Shown here one piece after another: positions 47,857-57,472 of a DNA stretch of 64,000 nt (the stretch's first letter is position 1; every line of letters starts with the position of its first letter). Below the pieces are notes generated by a model. That model had not been told where the DNA came from. It made no database searches and worked only from the letters and a program-made list of their open reading frames with translations. The stretch is from an uncultured Clostridia bacterium (GTDB taxonomy: Bacteria; Bacillota; Clostridia; Christensenellales; CAG-314). A program made the position numbers and the translations under genes. Location: NCBI GenBank assembly GCA_944336125.1, contig CALVLA010000002.1, forward strand, positions 23,132 to 87,131, written 5' to 3'.

Positions 47857-50256
47857 TTACTCTGTCCTGAGAGCTACTACTGCATCTTTTTTCGCGGCAA
47901 TTCTCGACGGAACAAGCCCCGCAATAAATGTCAAAAACATGCTTATCGCAACGAGTATCAATGCGTGCGTAGGCTTGAAGTAAACAAGTCCGTTTATCGT
48001 AGAAAGCGAGGTCAGCAAAATATTAAGCGGTATGGACAACAGGTAAGTAATCACTACTCCCAAAAAGCCAGCCACAAAACCTATGATGAGAGTTTCCGCA
48101 TTGAATACCCTCGAAATGTCTTTTTTCCTTGCGCCGATACTCTTTAATATACCTATTTCCTTTGTTCGCTCCAGCACCGAAACGTAAGTTATGACGCCAA
48201 TCATTATTGATGACACAACAAGCGAAATTGACGTAAAGGCAATGAGAACGTAGGAAATTGCGTTTACCAAAACGTTCATCGATTCAACCATAAGCCCCAT
48301 CATATCGGAGTAATAAACTTTTGTGCGAGTTTCGGTAGGATCTGTTTCATCGATGCTATCATTGTACGCCGTCAGATGATCCTTTATCATTTCCTTGGAT
48401 TCAAAGTCTTTCGGGTAAATGCTTATCGAAGTAGGCACTTCGCCGAGTCCGAGATAAGCCAAAGTTTTTTGGTAAAGCCTTTGAGCTTCTGCCTGAATTT
48501 CCTCATCCGAGCTTGACGTGGAAAGATTTTTTCTTGCCTCGTCTTCATACAAACTTCCCGTAAGACAATTTGTTTGAGGGTTAGCTTTTTGCCACTCCAC
48601 AATTGTAGATGTTTCGGTTTTTGCCATATTCATGGCATACTCGCTGAGACTGCTGTGATAACCTACGGTAGATTTGATGGAACCTATTGTCGTGTCTTCG
48701 TTTACGCGGACGATACCCACTATTTTCAAAGTAAGGTTGCTGTCGTCGGCATAAGCATTTGTAGAAACGACTTCGTTGATAAAGTAATTTCTTCCGGGAT
48801 ATTTTGTGTAGCTAAGATCGTTTGACAAAAGCTTAAACTCCATCCCCATAAGTTCGTCGAAAGAGTAACTTGTTCTGTCTCCCGTGTCGATACCGAGGTT
48901 TTGCAAAAATTCCATATCAGTAATTTGGTTAAACTCGTCGACGACAAGCACAAGCTCGTCTTTTTTTGTCGGCAAATGACCTTTCAAAACGTCATACTGC
49001 GAATTTATAAATTCCTGATTGTCCACAATCTGCACCCAGCTGCTTCCTATCCTCATGTGTCCCTTGACGGGAACTCCCATGATACTGAAATCTATGGTTT
49101 GTGAGCTGTAAATATTGAGACTTGTACCGTAAGAATATATGATGTCGTAATACAAATCCTTATCTATCGTTTTGATTACGTTATCAACGTATTCCTGAGT
49201 GATTTCGTTTTGTTTTGTCATGTTTTGCATTGCGTCCATGACTTTATTTACGTAAACTTCCTCAACTTCGGGATATTTTTCATCGCTAGGCAGCTGCATG
49301 ATTTCAAGCAGACTTGTCAAATCCGTACTTGACGAAGCTATTGTCAGCGGAAAAGACGACAAAGTGTCAGTCTGCATTTTGTCAATGTATGCGTTAAAAC
49401 CTGTTGACAAAGCAAGAATCAACGCCACGCCTACAATACCTATGCTTCCGGCAAAAGAGGTAATAAAAGCCCTCACTTTTTTGGTAAAAAGGTTTTTCAG
49501 CGACAGATTAAACGCCGTAAAAAAGGACATCGCCGTCTTTTTAGGCCTTTTTTGAATGTTTTCCTCTACTTTTTTATTGTCAATAGGATTACTGTCCGAA
49601 ACAACTTCACCGTCGGCAAGTTTGATAATTCTGTCGGCATATCTGTTCGCCAACTCCGCGTTGTGAGTAACCATTATGACAAGGCGCGTTTTTGAAACTT
49701 CCTTCAAAAGTTCCATAATCTGCACACTGGTTGTGCTGTCGAGTGCCCCCGTCGGCTCGTCGGCAAGAATTATGTCAGGGTTATTCACAAGTGCTCTGGC
49801 GATTGCCACCCTTTGCATTTGTCCGCCCGAAAGCTGGTTAGGTTTTTTGTTAAACTGTGTTTCAAGTCCGACTTCGGTAAGAGCCTTTTTTGCCCGTTCC
49901 TTTCTTTCCGCAGCTCCGACGCCGCTAAGCGACAAAGCCAGTTCGACGTTTTCCAACACGGTCAAATGCGAAATAAGGTTGTAACTTTGAAAAACAAAGC
50001 CGATTGTAGAATTTCTGTAAGCGTCCCAGTCACTGTCTTTGTACTGTTTGGTCGAAATTCCGTTTATTACAAGGTCGCCTTGGGTGTATTTATCCAATCC
50101 GCCGATAATGTTAAGCATCGTGGTTTTTCCGCACCCCGACGGACCCAAAATCGCAACCATCTCGCTTTCGCGAAACTCAAGTGAAACGTTTTTCAGCGCG
50201 TGAACCTCAAAGTCCCCCGCACTATAAATTTTTTCTATATTTTTGAGTTTCAGCAT
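47857..50256 (-). CDS. Fused ABC transporter ATPase plus FtsX/MacB-type permease
   Basis: Walker [10 protein letters not shown], signature [15 protein letters not shown], Walker [12 protein letters not shown]. These are followed by a TM helix, a ~400 aa extracytoplasmic domain, and a C-terminal FtsX-type 3-TM bundle. Confidence 0.85.
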   Translation of the reverse strand: MLKLKNIEKIYSAGDFEVHALKNVSLEFRESEMVAILGPSGCGKTTMLNIIGGLDKYTQGDLVINGISTKQYKDSDWDAYRNSTIGFVFQSYNLISHLTVLENVELALSLSGVGAAERKERAKKALTEVGLETQFNKKPNQLSGGQMQRVAIARALVNNPDIILADEPTGALDSTTSVQIMELLKEVSKTRLVIMVTHNAELANRYADRIIKLADGEVVSDSNPIDNKKVEENIQKRPKKTAMSFFTAFNLSLKNLFTKKVRAFITSFAGSIGIVGVALILALSTGFNAYIDKMQTDTLSSFPLTIASSSTDLTSLLEIMQLPSDEKYPEVEEVYVNKVMDAMQNMTKQNEITQEYVDNVIKTIDKDLYYDIIYSYGTSLNIYSSQTIDFSIMGVPVKGHMRIGSSWVQIVDNQEFINSQYDVLKGHLPTKKDELVLVVDEFNQITDMEFLQNLGIDTGDRTSYSFDELMGMEFKLLSNDLSYTKYPGRNYFINEVVSTNAYADDSNLTLKIVGIVRVNEDTTIGSIKSTVGYHSSLSEYAMNMAKTETSTIVEWQKANPQTNCLTGSLYEDEARKNLSTSSSDEEIQAEAQRLYQKTLAYLGLGEVPTSISIYPKDFESKEMIKDHLTAYNDSIDETDPTETRTKVYYSDMMGLMVESMNVLVNAISYVLIAFTSISLVVSSIMIGVITYVSVLERTKEIGILKSIGARKKDISRVFNAETLIIGFVAGFLGVVITYLLSIPLNILLTSLSTINGLVYFKPTHALILVAISMFLTFIAGLVPSRIAAKKDAVVALRTE

Positions 50257-50283
50257 AAACTACTCCAAAAAATATTTGCCACA

Positions 50284-50312
50284 ATTAAAGCAAAAACAGC
50301 TTGATTTGTCAA
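50284..50312 (-). promoter_or_regulatory. Candidate promoter of the ABC transporter gene
   Basis: On the minus strand: TTGACA (50307-50312), 17 nt spacer, TTTAAT (50284-50289). Confidence 0.45.
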
Positions 50313-50344
50313 CTAAATTGCAAACCCGAATAAGTATTGACCAA

Positions 50345-50377
50345 AAAAGAAAAAACCACAACTGACTGTGGTTTTTT
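50345..50377 (-). terminator. Terminator after the tRNA cluster
   Basis: On the minus strand: AACCACAG-TCAG-TTGTGGTT followed by a T-run. Confidence 0.75.
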
Positions 50378-50378
50378 C

Positions 50379-50467
50379 TGGTGCCGAAGGTCGGGCTCGA
50401 ACCGACACGGTCTGTTAGGACCGAGGGATTTTAAGTCCCTTGCGTCTGCCTATTTCGCCACTCCGGC
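50379..50467 (-). tRNA. tRNA-Leu (anticodon TAA)
   Basis: GCCGGAGTGGCGAAAT... with a long variable arm, anticodon loop CTTAAAA and encoded CCA. Confidence 0.93.
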
Positions 50468-50473
50468 AATAAA

Positions 50474-50503
50474 AAACTTGAATCAAAAAATTGATTCAAG
50501 TTT
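50474..50503 (-). other. 13-bp hairpin with a T-run filling the tRNA-Cys / tRNA-Leu spacer
   Basis: On the minus strand: AAACTTGAATCAA-TTTT-TTGATTCAAGTTT followed by TTTATT. Confidence 0.6.
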
Positions 50504-50504
50504 G

Positions 50505-50579
50505 TGGAGGCACCACCCAGATTTGAACTGGGGCGTAAAGGCTTTGCAGACCTCTGCCTTACCGCTTGGCTATGGTGCC
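50505..50579 (-). tRNA. tRNA-Cys (anticodon GCA)
   Basis: GGCACCATAGCCAAGCGGTAAGGC..., anticodon loop CTGCAAA, encoded CCA. Confidence 0.93.
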
Positions 50580-50582
50580 GTA

Positions 50583-50657
<75 letters not shown>

Positions 50658-50725
50658 GCATTGCTTTATAAATGGTATCAAAAAAACCTTAATAAAGCAA
50701 CTGTTTAAATCAATTTTTGAAAAAA

Positions 50726-52396
50726 TTATTCTGCGGAAATAATGTAATAGTACAAAGGCTGACCGCCGTACTGAGTAATAAACTCCACGTCAGGGAATTG
50801 TTCTTCAAGTTTTTCTGCAAGTTCCGACGCTTTTTCTTCTTCGGTGTCTTTTCCGTAGTAGATTGTGATGAGCTCCGTATCGGCGTCAATCATCTTTTCG
50901 ATAACTTTATATGCAACGTCTTCCGGATTTTTTCCTTTTGAGCAAATTTTGTCGCCTTCAAGACCGATAATATCGCCCTGTTTAAGGGAAAGACCGTCGA
51001 TATTGGTATTTCTTACCGCATAAGTAACGCTTGCGCTTCTTACCGTCGAAAGCGCTTTTGTCATGGATTCGAGGTTAACGTCGACTTTTATCTGCGAGTT
51101 GTAAGCAAGAATCGCGGCAAGTCCCTGAGGAACGTCCTTACTAGGAACGACGTAAACGTTTCTGTTAGGAACAAGTGCCCTTGACTGTTCTGCCGCAAGG
51201 ATAATGTTTTTGTTGTTAGGCAAAACGATGACGGATTCTGCGTTTATTCTGTTGATTGCTCTTGCGATGTCGTCTGCCGAAGGGTTCATTGTCTGACCGC
51301 CTTCGATAACTTGGTCGGCAAGCAAATCCTTGAATATTGCCGAAAAACCGTCGCCCGCGCAAATTGACAAAACGCCCAAAGGTTTTTTGTTTGCTTCGTA
51401 CTGCGCTTTGAGAACCCTGTTCTGCTCCAGCATGTTTTCGATTTTGATTTTGTCGATTTCGCCGAGAGTCAACGCATAGCTCAAAGCTTTGCCCGGTTTA
51501 TTTGTATGTACGTGAACCTTAATAAGTTCAAGGTCACCGATAACGATAATCGAGTCGCCTATCGTGTTGAGATATTCTCTCAATCTGTCAATATCGGCGA
51601 GAGTTGTCTTTTTAAAAATGTTGATGACGAAAAATTCGGTACAATAAGCAAACTCGATGTCGTCAAGCGACATGATGTCAGGAGTGCCGAAATCGTGTTC
51701 AGGAGGGTTAAACGCCTGCAAATTCGGAGTTGCCGCGCCTATTTCTTCAGCCCCTTCGATTTCCTCACCGAGGTATCCTTTCAAAAGACCTTTAAGTATG
51801 CAGACAAAACCGTATCCGCCCGAGTCGACTACGCCTGCCTTTTTCAATACGTCAAGCATATCGGGAGTCTGTGCCAAAATTTCTTCGCTCTTGGCAATGA
51901 GACTTTCCATAAAGCTTATTATATTAAGTGACTTTTTAGCAATTGACTGCGCGTGTTCGGCGGTAACTCTCGCAACGGTAAGAATCGTACCTTCTTTAGG
52001 TTTGTTAACCGCGCCGTAAGCTACTTCAACGCCTGTTTTCAAACCTTTTGCAAAAAGTTTTGTATCGATTTCACCGTGCGAAGCAACCGTGCTTGCCAAA
52101 CCTTTGAGCAGCTGTGAAAGAATAACGCCCGAGTTTCCCCTTGCTCCTCTGAGCGCGCCTTTCGAAAGAGCGTTGCAAATATCTTCCATCGAATTGGAGG
52201 AAACCGCACCGATTTCCTTAATTGCCGAGTTGATGGTAAGCGACATGTTAGTACCGGTATCGCCGTCCGGAACAGGAAATACGTTAAGCGAGTCCACCTG
52301 CGCTTTATTGACTTCCAGCATTTTTGCGCCCGAAATCAACATTTTTTTGAACATAGGCGCCGAGATGGTCTTGTCGACCTGTATTCTAGCAGACAT
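50726..52396 (-). CDS. yloV: DAK2 domain-containing protein YloV
   Basis: N-terminal Dak2 domain (PVPDGDTGTNM), DegV-like C-terminus, paired with the Asp23 gene as in Bacillus yloU-yloV. Confidence 0.9.
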   Translation of the reverse strand: MSARIQVDKTISAPMFKKMLISGAKMLEVNKAQVDSLNVFPVPDGDTGTNMSLTINSAIKEIGAVSSNSMEDICNALSKGALRGARGNSGVILSQLLKGLASTVASHGEIDTKLFAKGLKTGVEVAYGAVNKPKEGTILTVARVTAEHAQSIAKKSLNIISFMESLIAKSEEILAQTPDMLDVLKKAGVVDSGGYGFVCILKGLLKGYLGEEIEGAEEIGAATPNLQAFNPPEHDFGTPDIMSLDDIEFAYCTEFFVINIFKKTTLADIDRLREYLNTIGDSIIVIGDLELIKVHVHTNKPGKALSYALTLGEIDKIKIENMLEQNRVLKAQYEANKKPLGVLSICAGDGFSAIFKDLLADQVIEGGQTMNPSADDIARAINRINAESVIVLPNNKNIILAAEQSRALVPNRNVYVVPSKDVPQGLAAILAYNSQIKVDVNLESMTKALSTVRSASVTYAVRNTNIDGLSLKQGDIIGLEGDKICSKGKNPEDVAYKVIEKMIDADTELITIYYGKDTEEEKASELAEKLEEQFPDVEFITQYGGQPLYYYIISAE

Positions 52397-52420
52397 AAAA
52401 ACTCCTGAAAAAAAATCAAA

Positions 52421-52771
52421 CTAAATTCTGACACCGACGACGTGAATATTGACGGCATTAACAACCATGCCGGTAAAATTTTCAACGCCGTATTTGATGG
52501 TGTTGCGCAAAGCATCGCTGACGGCTTCGATAGAAAGACCGAACTTTAAAATGACAAAAACGTCAATGGTAATTCTGCCTGCTTTGGTAGTAACTCTGAC
52601 GCCCCTGCCGTCGTTCTTTTTGCGGAACAAATCTGCAACAGAATCCGCGAACTTTTGCGGAACTTTGTCAACCACGCCGTAACATTCGAGAGCGAGTTTG
52701 CCTACGATATTGGCGACGACGTCGTCTGAAACGGTAATTGCACCGTAACCGTTTGAAGTTCTGAGTGCCAT
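52421..52771 (-). CDS. yloU: Asp23/Gls24-family protein YloU
   Basis: 116 aa, Asp23-family sequence. SD GGGAGGA lies upstream. Confidence 0.9.
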   Translation of the reverse strand: MALRTSNGYGAITVSDDVVANIVGKLALECYGVVDKVPQKFADSVADLFRKKNDGRGVRVTTKAGRITIDVFVILKFGLSIEAVSDALRNTIKYGVENFTGMVVNAVNIHVVGVRI

Positions 52772-52912
52772 TTGATTCCTCCCCAGTATGATTTGCTTAA
52801 AACATTTTACAATAAAACGAAATATTTTACAACTGAATTTTAATTTTATATTGTCAATAAAGACAAAAAATAAACAATGTCACGAAAAATAAATAAAAGT
52901 AGGCAAAAATCG

Positions 52913-52941
52913 TTGCAAAAAAATAATTTTGATGCTATTAT
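52913..52941 (+). promoter_or_regulatory. Candidate rpmB promoter
   Basis: TTGCAA (52913-52918), 17 nt spacer, TGcTATTAT (-10 at 52936-52941). Confidence 0.55.
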
Positions 52942-52977
52942 TTTACAGTTAAATCAATCATACGGGAGGTGACATCA

Positions 52978-53163
52978 ATGTCCAGAGTATGTGCTATCTG
53001 CGGTAAAGGCCAAATGACGGGTCACAAAGTCAGTCACTCAAACAGAAAATCAAATCGCGCATGGAAAGTAAACGTGCAAAAGGTTAAAATTGAAATTGAC
53101 GGCAAACAGTCCAGTCAATACGTTTGCACACGTTGCCTGCGTACTGCAAATAAAAACGACTAA
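52978..53163 (+). CDS. rpmB: 50S ribosomal protein L28
   Basis: MSRVCAICGKG start. GGGAGG lies 8 nt upstream. The ORF-track start at 52969 is a GTG inside the SD. Confidence 0.95.
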   Translation: MSRVCAICGKGQMTGHKVSHSNRKSNRAWKVNVQKVKIEIDGKQSSQYVCTRCLRTANKND

Positions 53164-53177
53164 TTTAAATTTGACGT

Positions 53178-53209
53178 AAAAGCTCACAAATGTGAGCTTT
53201 TATTTTTTT
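53178..53209 (+). terminator. Terminator after rpmB
   Basis: AAAGCTCA-CAAATG-TGAGCTTT followed by TATTTTTTT. Confidence 0.8.
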
Positions 53210-53229
53210 GCCTATAGCGACAAGTTTGC

Positions 53230-53258
53230 TTGAAAAGTCCCCTGCTTTTTGGTAGAAT
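53230..53258 (+). promoter_or_regulatory. Candidate promoter of the PAP2-azlCD unit
   Basis: TTGAAA (53230-53235), 17 nt spacer, TAGAAT (53253-53258). Confidence 0.5.
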
Positions 53259-53280
53259 GTGAAAACACAGAGGAAAAACT

Positions 53281-54135
53281 ATGATTTGGGAATTTCAGCT
53301 TATCGAATTTTTGCAAAATCACGGAAGCGCTTTTTTCGATACATTTTGGTCGTTGATATCCATGTTCGGCGAAGAACTCATAATGATAGGAGTTATGGGT
53401 TTTTTGTACTGGTGCTACGACAAGGAAATGGCGAAATTTTTAGGTTACTCTCTTTTGACGTCGGTAACCTTAAACGGGCTTATCAAAAACATCGTGACTC
53501 GTGACAGACCTTTCGAACATCCTGAATGGAACATCGAAAACAAAAAGCCTTCTACGGCGGGCGGCTATTCTTTCCCTAGCGGACACTCGCAGGCAAGCGC
53601 GTCGCTTTTCGTTTCTTCGGCAATATGGCTTAAACGCAAATGGATGACTGTGCTTGCGATAGTCGTGCCTTTGCTTGTTGCCTTCAGCAGACTTTACCTG
53701 GGCGTACACTTTCCTACAGACGTAATCGCGGGACTGGCTTTGGGCACCGCTCTTTCGTTTTTGCTTTATTGGTTACATAATAAAGTGAAAGACAAATACA
53801 TTTTGTATTTTGCCACTTTGATAATTTGCGCCGCAGGACTTTTTTACTGCAAAACAGAAGATTATTTTACCGCATACGGACTTATGCTTGGAACGCTCAC
53901 GGGATTTTTGTTCGAAGGCAAATTCGTCAACTTCACTTTTGAAGTCAAATGGTGGAAAAAACTCATTCGCCTTGCAGGCGGCCTTGTCGTTTTGCTCGCC
54001 TTTTACTTTGGTCTTAAAGTTTTGTTCGACCTTATCCTCGAAGGCTCGCTTTACCTGAGAATGCTGAGATACGCGATTATGGCTTTTGCCGTCGTCGGAT
54101 TGTATCCCGCTTTGTTTAAAAAATTCAATTTCTGA
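53281..54135 (+). CDS. PAP2-family membrane phosphatase
   Basis: Motifs KNIVTRDRP, PSGHS and SRLYLGVHFPTDV. Confidence 0.85.
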   Translation: MIWEFQLIEFLQNHGSAFFDTFWSLISMFGEELIMIGVMGFLYWCYDKEMAKFLGYSLLTSVTLNGLIKNIVTRDRPFEHPEWNIENKKPSTAGGYSFPSGHSQASASLFVSSAIWLKRKWMTVLAIVVPLLVAFSRLYLGVHFPTDVIAGLALGTALSFLLYWLHNKVKDKYILYFATLIICAAGLFYCKTEDYFTAYGLMLGTLTGFLFEGKFVNFTFEVKWWKKLIRLAGGLVVLLAFYFGLKVLFDLILEGSLYLRMLRYAIMAFAVVGLYPALFKKFNF

Positions 54136-54159
54136 TTTTTAAGAAAATTCGGTGAAAAA

Positions 54160-54909
54160 ATGAAAAAACAATCGGATTTTATAAAAGGAGTTTACAACGG
54201 AATCCCCATAGCTTTGGGTTACATTCCGTTGGCTTTTTCTTTCGGAACGCTTGCCATAAAAGGCGGCTACGATTTTTGGGTACCTACCCTCATGTCAATG
54301 CTGTCTTTCACGGGAGCAGGACAAATGGCAGGAATTCAAATGATGGTTCAGGCCGCGTCTCTCATTTCGATTTTTTTGGTAAACCTTGTCATCAACGCGC
54401 GCTATCTTGTCATGTCGCTTTCGATGAATAATAAAATAACCGAAAAAATGTCGGTTTTTAAGCGTATTTTCATTTCATTCGGCATGACAGACGAAAACTT
54501 CACCATAGCATCTTTTTACACGGGAAAGCTGACTTTTCCCTTTTTCGCGGGACTAATTCTGACGTCATATACTGGCTGGATATTGGGTACTCTCGTAGGA
54601 GCCCTTCTCATGCAGCTTATGCCGGCAATTATTCAGGAAGCTTTGAGCATAACTATTTACGCAATGTTCTGCGGACTTCTTCTTCCCAGCGTAAAAAGAA
54701 GCAAAGCGGTAGCCGTCGTTACGGCAATCGCAATCGCTATTTCCTGCGCCTTTTACTTTATTCCGTTTTTGGCTTCGCTGCCTTCGGGAATAAACATCAT
54801 CGTCCCTACCGTCGTTGCCGCAGCGATAGGCGCGCTTGTCTTCCCTATGCCGCAGGAAGAAGAACAAACTGATTCAATAAAAAATGAGGAGGCAAAAGAA
54901 AATGAGTGA
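54160..54909 (+). CDS. azlC: AzlC-family branched-chain amino acid exporter subunit
   Basis: AzlC-like membrane protein (GIPIALGYIPLAFSFG...), followed by an azlD-like gene. Confidence 0.85.
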   Translation: MKKQSDFIKGVYNGIPIALGYIPLAFSFGTLAIKGGYDFWVPTLMSMLSFTGAGQMAGIQMMVQAASLISIFLVNLVINARYLVMSLSMNNKITEKMSVFKRIFISFGMTDENFTIASFYTGKLTFPFFAGLILTSYTGWILGTLVGALLMQLMPAIIQEALSITIYAMFCGLLLPSVKRSKAVAVVTAIAIAISCAFYFIPFLASLPSGINIIVPTVVAAAIGALVFPMPQEEEQTDSIKNEEAKENE

Positions 54910-55213
54910 CTTGACTTACCTTCTCCTCGCAATTGCGGCAATCAGTATTGCGGCTTTCATACCCAGAGTAATTCCTTTTCTCTTACCGAAAGGACGCATT
55001 AAATCACGGTTTTTAAATTCTTTTTTGAATTATATTCCCTATTCGGTTCTCGGAGCCATGATTTTCCCTGCAATATTCTTCGCTACTTCAAGCCTTCTCG
55101 CTTCGATAGCAGGAACCGTCGTCGCAATTCTTTTGGCTTTCTGGGAAAAACGTTTAATCATCGTTGCACTGGGAAGTATTTTGATTACGGCAATCGTACT
55201 TGCGATAGTTTGA
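54902..55213 (+). CDS. azlD: AzlD-family small membrane protein
   Basis: 103 aa hydrophobic protein. The start at MSDLTYLL has GAGGAGG 9 nt upstream. Confidence 0.8.
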   Translation: MSDLTYLLLAIAAISIAAFIPRVIPFLLPKGRIKSRFLNSFLNYIPYSVLGAMIFPAIFFATSSLLASIAGTVVAILLAFWEKRLIIVALGSILITAIVLAIV

Positions 55214-55221
55214 TTTAAAAT

Positions 55222-55260
55222 TAAAAACGCTTTGGCATTATGCCAAAGCGTTTTATTTTG
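55222..55260. terminator. Bidirectional terminator between azlD and thiN
   Basis: AAAACGCTTTGGCA-TTA-TGCCAAAGCGTTTT followed by a T-run. Confidence 0.8.
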
Positions 55261-55335
55261 CAATCTTGCGTAAAAACATCAATCTCAAAATACATTTGAC
55301 GATTCTCGGCGGATTTAAACAAACGATTTTTCTCA

Positions 55336-55944
55336 TCAATCCCTCCACGACTCGAACATTAACACTTTTCCGCTTTTTACTTCAAACTCAATCACTTCTT
55401 CCGTAGCCTTGTTTGAAATTCCTCGTGTACTGCCGCATTGCAGCACAAGATCTTCAAGCGGATAAAATAGTCCTTTTGAATTTATAATATGCGCGTCGCC
55501 GTCAAAGGGTACCAGAGAGATTGTACCATTTTTCAAAACTTTTTCTCTGACAACACCTTGTTTGATTGAAATTTGTTGAAAATCATCAATCAGTTTTACT
55601 TCTATGCCCTTTTTAATTCCGAAATCCAAAAGAGCGACGTTTCCGAAAAAATGATCGGCTCGCTTGCCGAAAGCACCGTAAACGTCAATTTGTTTTACGC
55701 CCTTTTCTTCAAGCACACTTACCGCAATTTCGCCGTCGGTTTCGTTTTTTTCAACGGGAAACCTCAAAACAGGCAAAGTGTCGGGAATATACCCCAAACT
55801 GTCAAAATCGCCTACAAGCAAATCTATTTTTATGTTTTTTTCCTTTGCCCACTCGTACGCTCCGTCAGCACACACAACAAAATCGTCTTTGCCGACATTT
55901 ACTTTTTCGGGAGCAACGCCGTTTAGCAAAATTATTCCCTTCAT
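55336..55944 (-). CDS. thiN: Thiamine diphosphokinase
   Basis: VCADGAY...LLVGDFDS motif, and the position after rpe as in Bacillus yloS. Confidence 0.85.
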   Translation of the reverse strand: MKGIILLNGVAPEKVNVGKDDFVVCADGAYEWAKEKNIKIDLLVGDFDSLGYIPDTLPVLRFPVEKNETDGEIAVSVLEEKGVKQIDVYGAFGKRADHFFGNVALLDFGIKKGIEVKLIDDFQQISIKQGVVREKVLKNGTISLVPFDGDAHIINSKGLFYPLEDLVLQCGSTRGISNKATEEVIEFEVKSGKVLMFESWRD

Positions 55945-56588
55945 CTTTTTCCCAGTTGTCTGACAATTTCTTTTTTGTCCTGCGCTTTAAAAAACGCATT
56001 GCCGGCCACTATGCAATTTACGCCGTGCGAAATTATTTCACGTGCGTTTTCGCCGTTAATTCCGCCGTCGCCCTGCAAAATAATGTCTTTTCCCTTTGCC
56101 ATTTCGCAAAATTCGTCATATTTTTTCAAGGTGTCAAAAATAAACTTTTGTCCGCTGAATCCCGGTTCTACGCTCATTATCAAAGCAAGGTCAATCAAAT
56201 CGAGATAATTTTTCATAACGGAAACGTCGGTTTTCGGTTTCAAAGCAAGTCCAGCTTTGCAGCCGACTTCTTTTATTTTTTTAAGAGTTGCCTCGACGTC
56301 ACTGCACGCTTCATAATGCACCGTGATAAAATCCGCCCCGTTACGAGCAAACTCCTCGACATATTTAATAGGTTCGACAATCATAAGGTGGGCATCAATG
56401 ACAAGGTCGGTTGCTTTTTTGACGTCACCCACCATTTTTTGACCGAAAGATATGTTTGGCACAAAAACCCCGTCCATAACGTCGCAGTGAATCCATTGCG
56501 CGCCCGAATCCTCTACCGATTTCAATGCGCCTTTTACGTCGGTAAAATCTGCCGACAAAAGCGACGGCGAAATAATTATCTCTTTCAT
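55941..56588 (-). CDS. rpe: Ribulose-phosphate 3-epimerase
   Basis: SLLSADF...HCDVMDG...MSVEPGFSGQKF motifs. Confidence 0.95.
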   Translation of the reverse strand: MKEIIISPSLLSADFTDVKGALKSVEDSGAQWIHCDVMDGVFVPNISFGQKMVGDVKKATDLVIDAHLMIVEPIKYVEEFARNGADFITVHYEACSDVEATLKKIKEVGCKAGLALKPKTDVSVMKNYLDLIDLALIMSVEPGFSGQKFIFDTLKKYDEFCEMAKGKDIILQGDGGINGENAREIISHGVNCIVAGNAFFKAQDKKEIVRQLGKR

Positions 56589-56599
56589 TTGTGCAGCTC

Positions 56600-57472
56600 C
56601 TAAAATTTGTTTTTTTCAGCTTGTTTTATTTCTTCGTAAATGGTCAGATACCTTTCGTATCTGTTTTTGTTAAATCTGCCTTCCTCAACGGCTTTTTTGA
56701 CTTCGCAGTCAGGTTCCGTTGTGTGAGTACACATGTGATATCTGCATTTTGCCTGCAACGTAGTCATGTCGGTATAATACAAATTAAGTTCCGACGACTT
56801 AACGTTTTTCAAATCCAAAAGCGAAAACCCCGGAGTGTCCACGACAAAGGTGTCTTTTTGAATTTCAAAAATCTGACTGTGCCTTGTAGTATGCTTTCCT
56901 CTTCCGGTTTTCATTGACACCGCGCCGACTTTTTGGTCGCTGTCGTTAAGTTTGTTTAAAAGCGAGGTTTTTCCAACCGCCGACTGTCCGCAAAACACGC
57001 AGGTTTTTCCTAATATTTGTTCTTTCAACAAATCAAGGTTTATTTCCTTTTCCGCGCTCACCGTCAAAACGGCTTCCGCCATTTCGCCGTATTCCTCGCG
57101 AACTCTTTTTTCAAACTCCTCGTCCACCAAATCGGCTTTGTTGATTACTAATACGGGACGTATATTTTGAATATAACAGTTTATGACGATTTTATCAACC
57201 AAATAAAAATCAGGCTTGGGAATACACGAAATAACTATTACCGCCACGTCGATATTCGCTATCGGAGGTCTTGACAGCTGGTTTTTTCGTTTTTCCGCGC
57301 TTTCAATTACGACTTTGCCGTATTCGTCAAATTTAAAAAAAACGTTGTCCCCTACAAGCAAATCGACGTTGTTGTATCTTATTTTTTTTCTGACCGCGGA
57401 GGGAAAAACCTGCCCCTCGTGAGAGAGGTAAAAAATTCCGCCTACTGCCTTAATTACTTTACCTTTCAGCAT
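56600..57472 (-). CDS. rsgA: Ribosome small subunit-dependent GTPase A
   Basis: Circularly permuted GTPase (NKADL, GQSAVGKTSLLN) and Zn knuckle CRYHMCTHTTEPDC. Confidence 0.92.
   Translation of the reverse strand: MLKGKVIKAVGGIFYLSHEGQVFPSAVRKKIRYNNVDLLVGDNVFFKFDEYGKVVIESAEKRKNQLSRPPIANIDVAVIVISCIPKPDFYLVDKIVINCYIQNIRPVLVINKADLVDEEFEKRVREEYGEMAEAVLTVSAEKEINLDLLKEQILGKTCVFCGQSAVGKTSLLNKLNDSDQKVGAVSMKTGRGKHTTRHSQIFEIQKDTFVVDTPGFSLLDLKNVKSSELNLYYTDMTTLQAKCRYHMCTHTTEPDCEVKKAVEEGRFNKNRYERYLTIYEEIKQAEKNKF

Noticed and set aside
52877-52972. A 31-aa ORF (MSRKINKSRQKSLQKNNFDAIILQLNQSYGR) upstream of rpmB.
   Set aside because: It has no SD, is an AT-rich lysine/asparagine-biased translation, overlaps the predicted rpmB promoter, and ends in the rpmB SD. 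It is most likely noise.
55845-56603. A 252-aa plus-strand ORF opposite thiN/rpe, along with similar antisense ORFs at 12954, 18655, 24440, 40501, 42040, 60630 and 61292.
   Set aside because: These are the same codon-aligned shadow-ORF effect inside confidently identified genes, with no independent coding signal.
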